Of a stretch of DNA of 64,000 nucleotides, positions 52,835-64,000 are shown piece after piece. Source of the stretch: Microthyrium microscopicum (Eukaryota); NCBI GenBank assembly GCA_010405405.1, contig MU004240.1, positions 448,316 through 512,315 of the forward strand. The letters are read 5' to 3'. The notes beneath the pieces were generated by a model, which did no database searches, had not been told where the DNA came from, and saw only the letters and a program-made list of their open reading frames with translations. Numbering within the stretch: the stretch's first letter is position 1; the number at the start of each line of letters is the position of its first letter. The position numbers were made by a program, and so were the translations under genes.

Positions 52835-53506
52835 CTAATTAGAAGTGCAGCCAATTCCAGAAGGTCCAGCTTGTAAGACATCTCTCTGGTCGGAGTAGAG
52901 ATATTCCTTGGACTCGTTTTCTGTAATGGCTCGGTGCACCAATGCCGAGTCCAGATATGCTCTGACTTGTAATATTATTCCTTCAGTACTCCATCGAGTG
53001 ATCCAAGCAAATCTATTGTCGTACTTCAGTCCTAGATTGGCTTGTCAGTATCGCTGTCCAGTTGGGCTAACGCAGAAATACGTACCATTTTTACAAGTTC
53101 CAAGGCCATGCAACTCCTGCACGCTCCATTCCTCATCGCCTCCACCAATAATTTGAGTAAGGGTCAAAGGAGTTGTTCCTGCTGTGGACTGAAGTGTGTT
53201 GCTTAGGCGCTGTAAAGCGTCAATCGCGAAGATGGTTCTATTTGTGTATGTGCCTGCAAGTGGATGGGTGCCCATGATAGTCCAGTTGACAGTTGGGGAA
53301 ACCTTAGAGAGAAAAGCGGTAAAATTGCCATCTGCTAAGTAGCCGAAAACTTCACTGATCTGGCATTTATTCGGATATGTAGTTTTTGCTTGATTCGGGG
53401 CACAAAGACATGCAGTGGTTTGGTTAGTGGCAGAGCACTGAATTGAAGCAGCAGCAGCTATGCTAGCCGAGAAAGAAGTGAGAGTTAAGATGAGGGAGGA
53501 TCGCAT
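52835..53506 (-). CDS. Secreted SnoaL-like / NTF2-fold protein
   Basis: Signal peptide MRSSLILTLTSFSASIAAA; VNWTIMGTHPLAGTY, GGGDEEWSVQEL, KNG|LKYDNRFAWITRW, QVRAYLDSALV. Intron 53085-53032. Confidence 0.85.
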
Positions 53507-54521
53507 GATTACTGAAGTGTTGAATGTCTGATTGTATAGTAGCTGATATCGGGTGAGTTCTTCTGGCAATATACCAGCACCGATGGCCTTTTATATACCT
53601 ACAATTTTATGAGTTCCTAAGCCTCGAAAACAGGCGAAGCTCTTGCTTCGCGATTGATGTCTCCATTTGGGTGAGTTTGAAATTAGCCTTGACAACCGTT
53701 CAGCTAGTCAGCGCTAAATTCATCATAACTTATGGTAATAACTTCACTTATGTTCCATTGTTCCAATGGAGAAATAAACTGATGTGGAACAGGCATGTCA
53801 TTTGGCAAGTGTGATCAAGAAAGCACATCATTTGCCCTTCTGTCCAAGTGCACAACTATACATGCTTCTATGAGATATAAATTCGACTTCCTTCGGGTTC
53901 CTCGTTGGTGTTCTGCCCACAGACTGGCCTGTCAGTCCAGTCTCACTAGACTAGGCCGTTTGGGGCTACCATGCCGATACAACTCAACTCCACGAAGTAG
54001 ACAAGGAACACATCCACTGGTTTCCGGAATTTTGCTCAGTTTGAGATCTAATTCGGGCCATGTCAGTGGAGCTCATGTCTGATGACGACGTATACCCGAG
54101 TTCTTGTCTTGCGTATTCCCTGGTTGAATCTGCTATCATGGTGGTTCTGAGTTCAGGAGGGAATATCATGCGCAAGTTAGGCTTATGGATCGGCGAAGAT
54201 GATAGTTTGTCTGACACAATAAAGATGTGCATACAAGTAGAAGAAAGACATAAGGTCTTCAAGCTGGACTGTGGGAAGTTAGACGGCTCGAAGTTGAATT
54301 GAGGTCTTGCTGCTGGAACCTTGAAAAGGAGGTCATCGGGCCGTGCTCGCCGCCAAGAACTTGCCGCTTCGGCCCGGGACAAACCCAAAACTTTTCTAAG
54401 AACCACATATGAAAACCAAGTCACCAACAACGACCATCAAGACGTAGTGTGTATGATTCAGAACGTTTCCTTTCAATGTTTATAAGCTCGAATTCCGAAC
54501 GATAACGCGCCTTGCACAACT

Positions 54522-55830
54522 ATGCCCCGACTTTCAGCTGCTATCCTAAGGCAAAAGACAGCAACTCCCACGGCGCCGCGCTTTCAAACTCCATTATCCA
54601 CTCGACTATTTTCACAAACACGCGCATGCCGGGAAGAAGAAGACGAAACATTCGAAGCGGCCGTAGAGCGCCCAAGACGACCTTTTGATCCAGAGAGGTT
54701 CCGGAAACGGCACTTTTTGAACGATGATGAACACTGGACTGAATTCCTCGAATGGTTGAATCTAGAAGGCACGCAATACATGAGACCAACAGGCGAGCCA
54801 CATTACCTACAACCAATGCGCGTTCAGAAAAGAAAGAACAAGGAAAAGGAAGATGCAGCTTTAGAAGCTGTTGAGCAAGAAGAAGATACCAAAAAGGGCA
54901 AGGGAGACAGTGACCGGCGGAAGGGTTTAGATAATATACCTTTTCCATCAAATCCCTTTTTCAAAAGTCAAAAGGTTCTCAGCGAAGCTATAAAAGAACA
55001 AATATATCAGTCGGTAGCTCTCAAAGGTCAAAGTGTTCGGGATGCGAGCAGCTACTACAGAGTCTCGATGGAACGAGTTGGCGCTGTCGTACGAATGAAG
55101 CAAATGGAAAGGGACTGGATGGAGCAGGTAAGATATTCATTCCACATCTCTCCCGCACTATACCATGATGTATTGTCATAAAACATTCGATAAGTCTTGA
55201 AGACTTAACCCTGGTTAGAACCGACACCTTCTGAACCACATTATTCTCTGGTTATCTTACTTTTTCCTTGACGGCATAGATTCTAACTCTATTCTATAGA
55301 AAAGGGAAAAGCTTGCTCCAAACTTTTCTACCGAGATAATGAAGATGTTGCCGCAGACCATGATGCAGAAAGATGGCCGCCCTGAGACCCACGAATCTAT
55401 AAACGACTTACCAGTGCATCCAGCGACTAGCCAGCAGATGTTCTGGCCTGTCTCAGAATCCCGCGAATTCTCCCGTATCGATGCTGGAGAAGCGTTCAAA
55501 AGCGGACTACTACCCGCCGACCTGCGCATACCACATCCCGAGCTCATCGAAAGACAAGCAAATAAATTGAACATGCCCCAATCAATTGCGATGCAAAAGC
55601 TTCGTGAAGATTTAGACAGCAAGCTCACCAAAGAGGCTGCTAAGCAAGCCAAACGACAAGCTAGCATTGAAATATACGAGGGACCTCGACACAATATTCA
55701 ATTTGAGCCAGTCAATGCAGAATGGGCTGGAAAGAACGGCCGGAGTCGCAAGGGAGTTGGATTCAGATATGGAATGCCGCATGAGGACAGGAAGAGAGCA
55801 CAGATCAAAATCCCCAATCCTGTACAATAA
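54522..55830 (+). CDS. MRPS35: Mitochondrial small ribosomal subunit protein mS45 (Mrps35/Bot1)
   Basis: PFPSNPFFKSQKVLSE, RVGAVVRMK, HESINDLPVH, ESREFSRIDA and VGFRYGMPHEDRKR. Intron 55128-55299. Confidence 0.92.
55162..55236 (+). ncRNA. Intronic box C/D snoRNA (putative LSU rRNA 2'-O-methylation guide)
   Basis: C-like box ATGATGT (55165-71), guide TTCGATAAGTC (55186-96), D' TTGA (55197-200), C'-like TGGTTA (55212-17), D box CTGA (55231-34). Lies in an unusually long 172-nt intron. The guide is antisense to the LSU rRNA motif GACU(A/U)AUCGAA. Confidence 0.75.
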
Positions 55831-55916
55831 CCTCAGACAGCGTGGTGTAAGATATTATTGTATTGGAGATATAAAATTCCATAATGTACCATATCATCTC
55901 CCATCAAGTGGTGTGC

Positions 55917-58122
55917 TCATGGCTCAACCATTTCCCACTCTGCTTCATCCTTCAGGTCTTGTTCGAATTCGATTGTTTTGGAGAACACAACGCGCTCTGA
56001 GTTCAAAGGGGTCACATCAAACGCCTGCTTCTGTTCTGGCTGAGAGGCCTCCGACACGGAGCTATCAGATTCCCAATCAGCCTGCTCCATACCAACGAAA
56101 GCAACGGGTTCTTCTGCTCGCATCTCTGCGGCAACTTTACTTTCAATCTGCTTTTGATTTGCTTCAACTTCAAAAAGCCCTTCATGAACCAGAAACGGAT
56201 GGCCCTGGAGCATCACTCGAAACGTCTCTTTCCCGTTCTCGTACTTCTCCGCCATCTTTGCTGGGTACTGATCGCGATCTGATGCGACAGACTGTACGAC
56301 TTTCTTTACCCAAAATGTTGCTCGCTCCCGATCTGAACAGGACACCTGCTGGTCAAAATCGTCCAGTATTTCTCCCACCGACTTCCCTCCCACCGCTTGT
56401 TGAAGGATCATGAACAACAAATGGGGATGACTTGTTGCTGGATCCAAGGGTGCGGGTCTGCCCGCTATATATAGCGCCACTGCAATCTTGAAAGCAAGTT
56501 CCTCATCTGGCGGAAGCTCTGGTACGTGTCCAGAGTTTGTTATTTTCTCTTTCAATTCCTTGGTCATTGAAGTTACCCATGGGGCAGAATTCATGATTCC
56601 TGGAGGCAATGGCTTGCGATCTGGCTGCATAAATCGAACTCGTGCTCCTACGCTGACCCAAAGAGATGGTGTGTAAAACTCCTTCCAGGCATTGGGCGCG
56701 ATCTTCGTGACGGCTTTGATGTGTGCATAATCTACACCCTGTAGCAGGTCATGGAGGAGTTGTTTTTCTGCATTCCGACGCCATGATTCCAGCAGTGGAA
56801 TGAGATGCAGGTGAATGTATTGAATCCAGAAATATGTTTGCGTTTCCGAATACTCACTGATGACTTTGGCACCCTGGCTGCGTTGACGAATCGTGCTCGC
56901 TTGGAGTGCCGATAAGGCTTGATCTACCACCCAATTGCGACGGATAGTTGGACCTGTTAAATATGCCTTGACAACGGCATACGCAAAACGGGGTAGACGG
57001 TCGGACTCTTGGCTGGGTAGACAGTCTGAGTGATAACCCAAACGACATGGTTTGCAATTTAGAATGTCGACGCCGAAGCAGGGAAGGCCACGTTGATCAG
57101 GTAGGCGCCAGTAGCGCTGAGACTCTTGTGATGCTAGAGAAACCTGGCTATACGAGGACTTGATGGCATCGGGGGCAAGTAAAGTGCTGTATGCTACGGA
57201 AATATCATCAAAAGCATTCTGTATGTTGGAAATTCCCGGATTTTTTGCTCTGTATTGCCTGATTGCTTGTTGGATTTGGTTGATCCAGAAAATTATGGCA
57301 ATGCTATTGAGCCTGTCAGTACAACTCATATCCCTTGAAGAAGCACCATTACCGATCCATTTCCAAAGGTTGCTGTTGTTTTGCACGATCTGCAAGGTCG
57401 AAGATACTCGCGTTCATGTTGCAGTTGTTTACAACCACCCGATATAGATAGCGCATCGAATTCATATGCGTTTGCTGCTTCCAGGTAGTTTCCAGGGCAT
57501 TGGTATGCAGTTGAGCCGAGACTTCTTCTGCTTGCCACCTTTTCTTCCGCTCGGCTTCCAAGTCAATCGGTATGAACTGTTTATCGCGCTCCAGTCTGGC
57601 GTAGATATACTCCATAAGGCGCTCTTCTCTGCATTCGGATGGTAAATTATCACCTTCCAGATGATATATTTCATGCAAAACCTTCCCATCAAACTCTTGA
57701 AGCACATTGTTAAATGCTGTCGAGATGAATTCGATTGCAGCATCTTTGAGGTCTGTTACTGCCTTTTGCCTGTTCAAAACCACCCAAGCAAATCGTGTGC
57801 CTCCTTTGACGGCTTCCTGAAGATGTAAGCGGAGCAAATCCAAAGATGCATCCGCTTCCTGATTGGCGAAGTCGTAAAAAAATAGCAAGATGCTCCCAGG
57901 GCCATGGAAGTTTGGAAGATTTTGCAATGTTCGATGGCAGCATCCGTTGCCGCCAACGTCCACAATCTGGATATTATGACCTTTGTGTTTCATTCTCTCA
58001 AGCACAATGCCGAGGGTTGGAGACGTGTTCCATGCCTTACCATGCTTGACTGCATAGCGAAATGAGGTCTTTCCAGAGCTCTCTGCTCCTATCAAAATAA
58101 GGTTGCGGTAGAATTGGGACAT
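55917..58122 (-). CDS. Atypical Arf-like GTPase fused to a long C-terminal region of unknown function (~715 aa)
   Basis: G1 GAESSGKTS, G2 PTLG, G3 DVGGN, G4 NRQK. Intron 57352-57304 (GTAATG...CTGAC...TAG) joins it in frame to the 55917-57395 ORF. Confidence 0.8.
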
Positions 58123-58462
58123 CTGATTGAGTAAAGTATGTATGAGAAGGGGAACTTTGACAGAAAATTTATTGATAGTAAACAAAAACACAACACAAGT
58201 CCATAAGTAAGATCAAAAGTCAGGCTGGACTATTAAACGTGTGACATGTACTCTCATACTTTGTAGCGATTGGCAGCCTAATGAGATGTGGTGATAGACT
58301 CAGTCATTAGCGGCGGTCTATGGAGACAGACAATGGTTGATGGACGGTTGGTATAGAATTACTGCTGATCCACAGTAATATTGTATGAACGCTTAATCTA
58401 GTAAGCGTGAATATTACTAAGTGTTTATCCTATCTTATGGTTAGTGAACAGTAAGTATGATA

Positions 58463-58891
58463 ACCGTCCAAAGGGGATAAACGTTTGTCAATAATAAACG
58501 TTTAGCGTCGTTATAAAAGTTTATAGTAGGCTTAAAGCCAAGAGCTACAGATCCACTATATAACTAGGATGTCTACAATTCTCTCTTTAGTTTAGTATAT
58601 AGCAACCAATAATAAACGTATTTTATATATACTTATAAAACCAGTCTAGCCTCTTCTGACGTAGCTTTCTCTATCTTAAATTATCTTCTTCTGTAAGCAA
58701 GCCAGGCTCTCTATTCTGTATTTAATTCCTGCGATAGTCTTAATATTATATAATTTCCTTAGATAAGAGAAAAATAACCCTACTAGCTAGAAATAGCTAG
58801 CTGTCTTTTTGTCTATTGTTTTTAGCTGCTTACTAAGTAGATTTCAGCGCTAAACGTTTATTATCTATAAACGTTTACTACTACAAACTAT
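58463..58891. mobile_element. RIP-mutated ~430-bp TIR element (Tc1/mariner or pogo-like MITE)
   Basis: Left arm 58463-58507 and right arm 58848-58891 are inverted copies (27 of 30 identical over the inner part). Each arm has two AAACGTTT motifs. TA precedes the left end. Confidence 0.65.
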
Positions 58892-59861
58892 TATTAATTC
58901 TAAATAGTTATTACTATACTAGAGTATAGGTTAGGTTAGGTTAGGTATAAGTTTCTCTAAATATTTTTATAACCTATATAGGTTAGGTTTTAGAAATATT
59001 ATAACCTAACCTAAATAGATTAGGTTTCTATAGATCTAGCCTATAAGTTATATTTATTAATAGATAACTTAAATAAAGAACTAATACTATATAATTTAGG
59101 TTAACCTAAAAAGTTTAGTATAGTATTTAATAATTATATCTTACTACTACTTTTTTAGTAAGTTATAAAAATATTAATTAGGATTTAGAATTAGTTTATT
59201 AGTTCTATTATTTATAAATAATTATATAATTATAATTCTTTTTCTATTCTCTAAAGTTTACTAATTCTAATTGCCTTTTTATAATAAAGTTATTAATTAA
59301 TTTTAAATACTTATCTAATAGTCTATAACCTAGCTAGTATATAGAGCTTTTACTAAGTTTATATCCTTTTACTAAATTATTACTCTCTTTACGTAAATTA
59401 TATAAAGATTAATATCTATAAAAATTAATAACTTATAATCTAGAAAATAAAAGTATAACTTACTTTTAAAATACGTAATAAGATAAGCTTCTACTAATTC
59501 TTATAAATATTAAATTATATTACTTTACTAATATATATTTAAATTTATTAAACTACTACTATTACTAGAAGTTCCTTAAAATATAATATAAATCTTATAA
59601 ACTAATCTTATAAATAGTATTTTAGGAATTAAAAAATTATAAGCTTTCTAAATTTAATAAATTTTGCGTAAAGCCTTTACTAATATTATAGTTAATATTT
59701 ATAAAAAAAATAAAGTATATAAAACTTATTACTAAGTTTAGTATATTAAGATATATAATAATAAGTATTTTATTAGTTATAATAGTTTCTATAAGTTAAA
59801 GCTCTTTTATAATAATTTTTATAAGCTATAGCTAAGTTTTATTAGTACTAAAGAGTTAGTT

Positions 59862-60095
59862 ATTAGTATAAAGTAGTTTATTAAGGTTACTATTAATATA
59901 TAAAAGTTTATAAAAGTTATAACTAAGTTAGAGTAGTTTATAAAAGTAGTATAAAAAAATTTAAAAGTTATAAAAGTTACTACTAGGTTAGAGTAGTTTA
60001 TAAAAGATTTATAAGAAGATTTAAAAGTTATAAAAGTTATTACTAAGTTAGAGTAGTTTATAAAGATTATATAAAGAAGTTTAGAGTATTATAAA
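59862..60095. repeat. 60-bp tandem repeat (~4 degenerate copies)
   Basis: Successive 60-nt lines align in register (taaaagttat-actaagttagagtagttta). Confidence 0.85.
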
Positions 60096-62949
60096 GTTTA
60101 TTAAAGTTTAGAGAAGTATAAAGAAAAAAGAATTAAGGTTATTTAAGTATACTATAGTAATAATAAAACTCTTTAAAGTAATAAAGATTTAAATAGTAAG
60201 AGTAAAAAGAACTTAGAGATCTTAAAGAAATAGAAGAAATTAAAGAAGAAGAAATAAATAAATTTTTTAAAGATATAAGAAGTAAGCTTATTACTTATTA
60301 AAAACTATCTTTTAATATTCCTTTATAAAAAGAGAATATTTAGAGTATTAAACTAATATAATTTAAAACTTTAAAAGCTTAACTAATTAAAAAGAGTAAA
60401 GTAGTAAAGAAGAGTAAGTAATAGTAAAGCTAACCTAAAATAATAAGAGTATTATAATCTAGTACTAGAATTAATATATTTTAAGAAGTATTACTTAAGA
60501 AACTATATATATATATACTACTTTATATTACTTATATACTTTAACTTTTTCTATATACTTTCTTTTAATTAGTAATAATAATTTCTATATTTTTTCTATT
60601 AGTCTTAATTTTAGTTTCTTAGCCTAATTAATACTTATTTAACTTCTTAAAACTTTATTCTCTTAGTATAAGTACTAAGAAGCTTATAAATTAATTATTT
60701 TAAAATTCTTACGTAATTAAGAATTATACTTATTATACTAATCTTAATAGCTATACTATAGAATATAATTATCTTAAAAAAAATAATAATACTTATATTA
60801 ATTATAAAAATAATAAAGAGTATAAAACTATAAAATACTAAGAAGCTTCTAAAGATTAATATATTATTATTTTTACTACTTATATAAGACTCTCTAAATA
60901 AGAGTAATATATACTTTTTTACTATTAGATTTTCTTTATTAATTTTTCTTAGTATTAATACTAGTAAATTTATAGAATTACTTAGCTAAAAACTTAAATA
61001 TACTACTTATTAAACTAAATTATATCTTACTATTATTATTTTATTAGCTTACTATTAAGAATTAATAAAAATAAAGTATAAAAAGTTTAAGTAATATAAT
61101 ATATATATTAACGTTAATAAAGGTATTACTTATAATTATAATATTACTACTAGCTATATTATTTTTAAGGAAGCTTCTTAAATTACCTTTAATCTAAAAT
61201 TTTATTAACTTCTCTATAAGCATAGTTACTAAGAATATAATTTATAAATTTTATTCTTTTCTTAGATTAACCTTACTTATAAATAGTAAGAAGCTATTTA
61301 TAATATTTTCCTTATTAGTTATACTATTAGAAATTTAGTTAATAAGAAAACTAGTCTTATTAAGAACTATTACTATCTTTAGATTCTTATTTCTATAAAA
61401 ACTCTTAATATAAGTTTTTTATACTTAGTATATATAAATTTAACTAATACTATATAAGAAATACTTTTTAAATTTTATTAGATTATATGCTATAAAGAAT
61501 TAGAAGAAAGATTAAAAGTTAGTAAACTTTAACTATAAATATTAGTTATTAACTTATACTTAGAAGAAACTTTTAAAATTATTTTATAAAATAATTATAA
61601 GATATAATAAAGCTAATATTAAAATTAATATTAATAAATTTCTAAACTTATTATAAATATAATAATTACCTTTCTAGTACTAGTTTTATTTTTATTAAAA
61701 TAGAGTAAGAAATAATTATAAATTTAATAACTTAATACTCTAACTTCTAAGAAAAGATACTATTTAATAAAGTAATTTAGGAAATAAAAGATTAAGAAGT
61801 TTAAGAAACTAATAATTTATTTACTCTAAAGCTTTAGAAGAAAGCTTAGAAGTTAGTATAAAAGATACTAATAAAGTTTAAAAAGTTAATAATAAAGATT
61901 TACTTATATCTAGCTTTAAATATAAGATTCTTTCTAGTTTCTCTAGTAGATATAAGTTAGTTTATTATAACTAATACTTAATTTAAATAGAATAAAAATA
62001 CTTATTAATTAGTATTAGCTTTAGTTAAAGTTTTAAGAAATAATATTTTTTTAATAAAGTATAATTAAATATTAATTAAAAAATAAAATTATAAATATAA
62101 TACTATTTAAAGTATTAAAATACTAAAATAGAACTATTTATTCTAACTTATATAAATCTAACTTATTATTTTTAACTTTATAATCTTAATATAATAAGTA
62201 GTTAAGCTCTAATATAAATAGTTATATTTTTTAATTATTTATTATTAGCTTTAATTAAAAATACTAATTCTATTTTAAAAGCTAAGACTTTTAATTTATA
62301 AGCTATATTATAGATTTATACTACTCTTATTAATTATAAGTCTTTAACTTATTACTATAAGTTTCTTTTATATAGTTAGACTAATAAAATAGAAATATAA
62401 TAATTTCTTTTATAACTTTTTAAGCTACTTTCTTACTTTATAGACTCTTTTTTTATATTTTAAATATTTATTTATTAAGAGATTATTCTAAGAATATATT
62501 AATATAAATAGCTTAGTCTAAATCTAAGCTCCTAGTTATTTAAGAAAAAGAGTATATATAAATAGTATTAGTAGTAAGTAATAATTAAGCTTAAGAAAAA
62601 TTATTTTATAGATATAATAAAACCTTTATTATAACTTAAATATAATATTAATAATAGGCTAGTATTAGTAGAATTAACTTAGTAGCTTAAAAAACTTCTA
62701 ATATAATATAAATAAATATTTCTTTAAAATATAAAATATTAATAATTTATTAATTATATATTTTTTTCTTTACTACTAATATTATTATTTATAAGAAATA
62801 TTAGTAAAAAAAATAACTTAAATAATAATATCTATTTAATAATACTAGAAATATATATAGAATAAAAATAAAAAGTTATAAAATAAGTAGTAAGAGTTTT
62901 ATAGCTTATTTTTATTAGTAAAGAAAAAATAAATAAAAAGAAGGTAAAA

Positions 62950-63490
62950 AAGTAAAGTTATAAGTAGATATAAAAAGAGTAATAAAGTAAAATATAGTAA
63001 GTAAAGAGAAATATAAAGTTATAAATAAATTAAAAGAAAAAGATAAAGAAGAGTATAGTATATAAAAAGAAGTATAAAGTTATAAATAAGTTAAAAAAGA
63101 AGAATAAAGAAGAGTATAGTAAATAAAGAGAAGTATAAGATTATAAGTAAGTTAAAAGAAGAAAATAAAGAAGAGTATAATAAATAAAGAAGAGTATAAA
63201 ATTATAAATAGATTAGAAGAGAGTAATAAAAAAGAATATAGTATATAAAGAGAAGTATAAAGTTATAAGTAGATTAAAAGAAAAGGATAAAAAAGAGTAT
63301 AGTATATAAAGAAGAGTATAAGATTATAAATAGATTAGAAAAAAAGAATAAAAGAAAGTATAGTAAATAAAAAAGAGTATAAGGTTATAAATAGGTTAGA
63401 AGAAGATAATAAAGAAAAGTATAGTATATAAAGAGAAGTATAAAGTTATAAGTAGATTAAAAGAAAAGGATAAGGTTATAGATAAATAAA
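62950..63490. repeat. 61-bp purine-rich minisatellite (~9 degenerate copies)
   Basis: Unit like agtatagtatataaagagaagtataaagttataagtagattaaaagaaaaggataa shifts by one base per 60-nt line. Confidence 0.85.
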
Positions 63491-64000
63491 AAGAAGATAA
63501 TAAAGATAAGCGTAGAAATTATAAAGAATTTAAGATTAAAAAAGAAATTTTAAGAAGTAAGTAAATAAAGTTAAGAAGAATATAGTTACGTTAAAATAAT
63601 AAAATAAGCTAGAATAATATAATAAAAGTTAATAAAGTATAAATTATATAGTAACTAATTAAAAAGAGTAAATAACTTAATAAAGTAAGCTATAAAATAA
63701 TTTATAGCTTATAATAAATAAAAATATTTAGAATATTAGCCTTTAACTTAGTAGAACTTAGTTTAAACTAATAAAAGAAAGATACTATAATAAATAAATA
63801 TTTTAGAAAGTAGAAGCTATAATAGACTTTCTAAATTCTAATTAATATTTTTATAACTTTCTAAAACTTAGCTTTAATAGTAGCTTAATACTAGTATAAA
63901 GTTTAGTACGCCTTAATTATAAAATACTAGTCTTAATAAGTTTTATTATTTCTAACTCTTTATAATAGATTATTTATATATTATTACTAAATATAGTTAT

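Larger units (their letters stand above)
58920..64000. mobile_element. AT-rich block of RIP-degraded transposon relics
   Basis: Abrupt shift to very AT-rich sequence with a huge TpA excess and near absence of CpA/TpG and CpG. No ORF of 60 aa or more in the track. Confidence 0.92.

Noticed and set aside
53984..54430. 148-aa minus-strand ORF between the SnoaL gene and MRPS35
   Set aside because: Non-ATG start, overlaps the probable MRPS35 promoter, and no recognisable domain. A small gene cannot be fully excluded.
57313..57395. Apparent frameshift or pseudogenisation between the two Arf-fusion ORFs
   Set aside because: Resolved by a canonical 49-nt intron that restores the frame.
58926..59014. 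Telomere repeats
   Set aside because: The units are TTAGG pentamers rather than TTAGGG, few in number, in both orientations and internal.
59862..63490. CRISPR-like arrays
   Set aside because: Eukaryotic context; head-to-tail degenerate repeats with no unique spacers and no cas genes.

Overview
Gene-dense segment of a filamentous ascomycete (Pezizomycotina) chromosome with short GT-AG introns carrying CTRAC branch sites. It ends in a ~5.5 kb AT-rich block of RIP-degraded transposon relics (from ~58.46 kb to the window edge). About 27 protein-coding genes were reconstructed by hand. Recognisable housekeeping genes are PTC6 (partial), LST8, ECM9/PTAR1-like, GET1, NAT2/FAM210-like, CCE1/Ydc2, a DNF3-type flippase, SSK1 and MRPS35. 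Accessory genes include PNGase A, a non-catalytic double-hevein secreted protein, a protoglobin, an RCR-like membrane protein and several orphans. Best leads: (1) a compact PKS-less candidate biosynthetic cluster at 43-53.5 kb (A-T-R reductase, O-methyltransferase, secreted SnoaL/NTF2 protein, multi-pass membrane protein); (2) an atypical Arf-like GTPase fused to a thrice-repeated unknown domain, sitting against the RIP block; (3) an intronic box C/D snoRNA in MRPS35 whose guide mismatches the canonical 25S rRNA exactly at the predicted target base; (4) a cryptic in-frame alternative last exon of LST8; (5) two ~430-bp TIR elements. No searches were run; family assignments come from motif recognition only.
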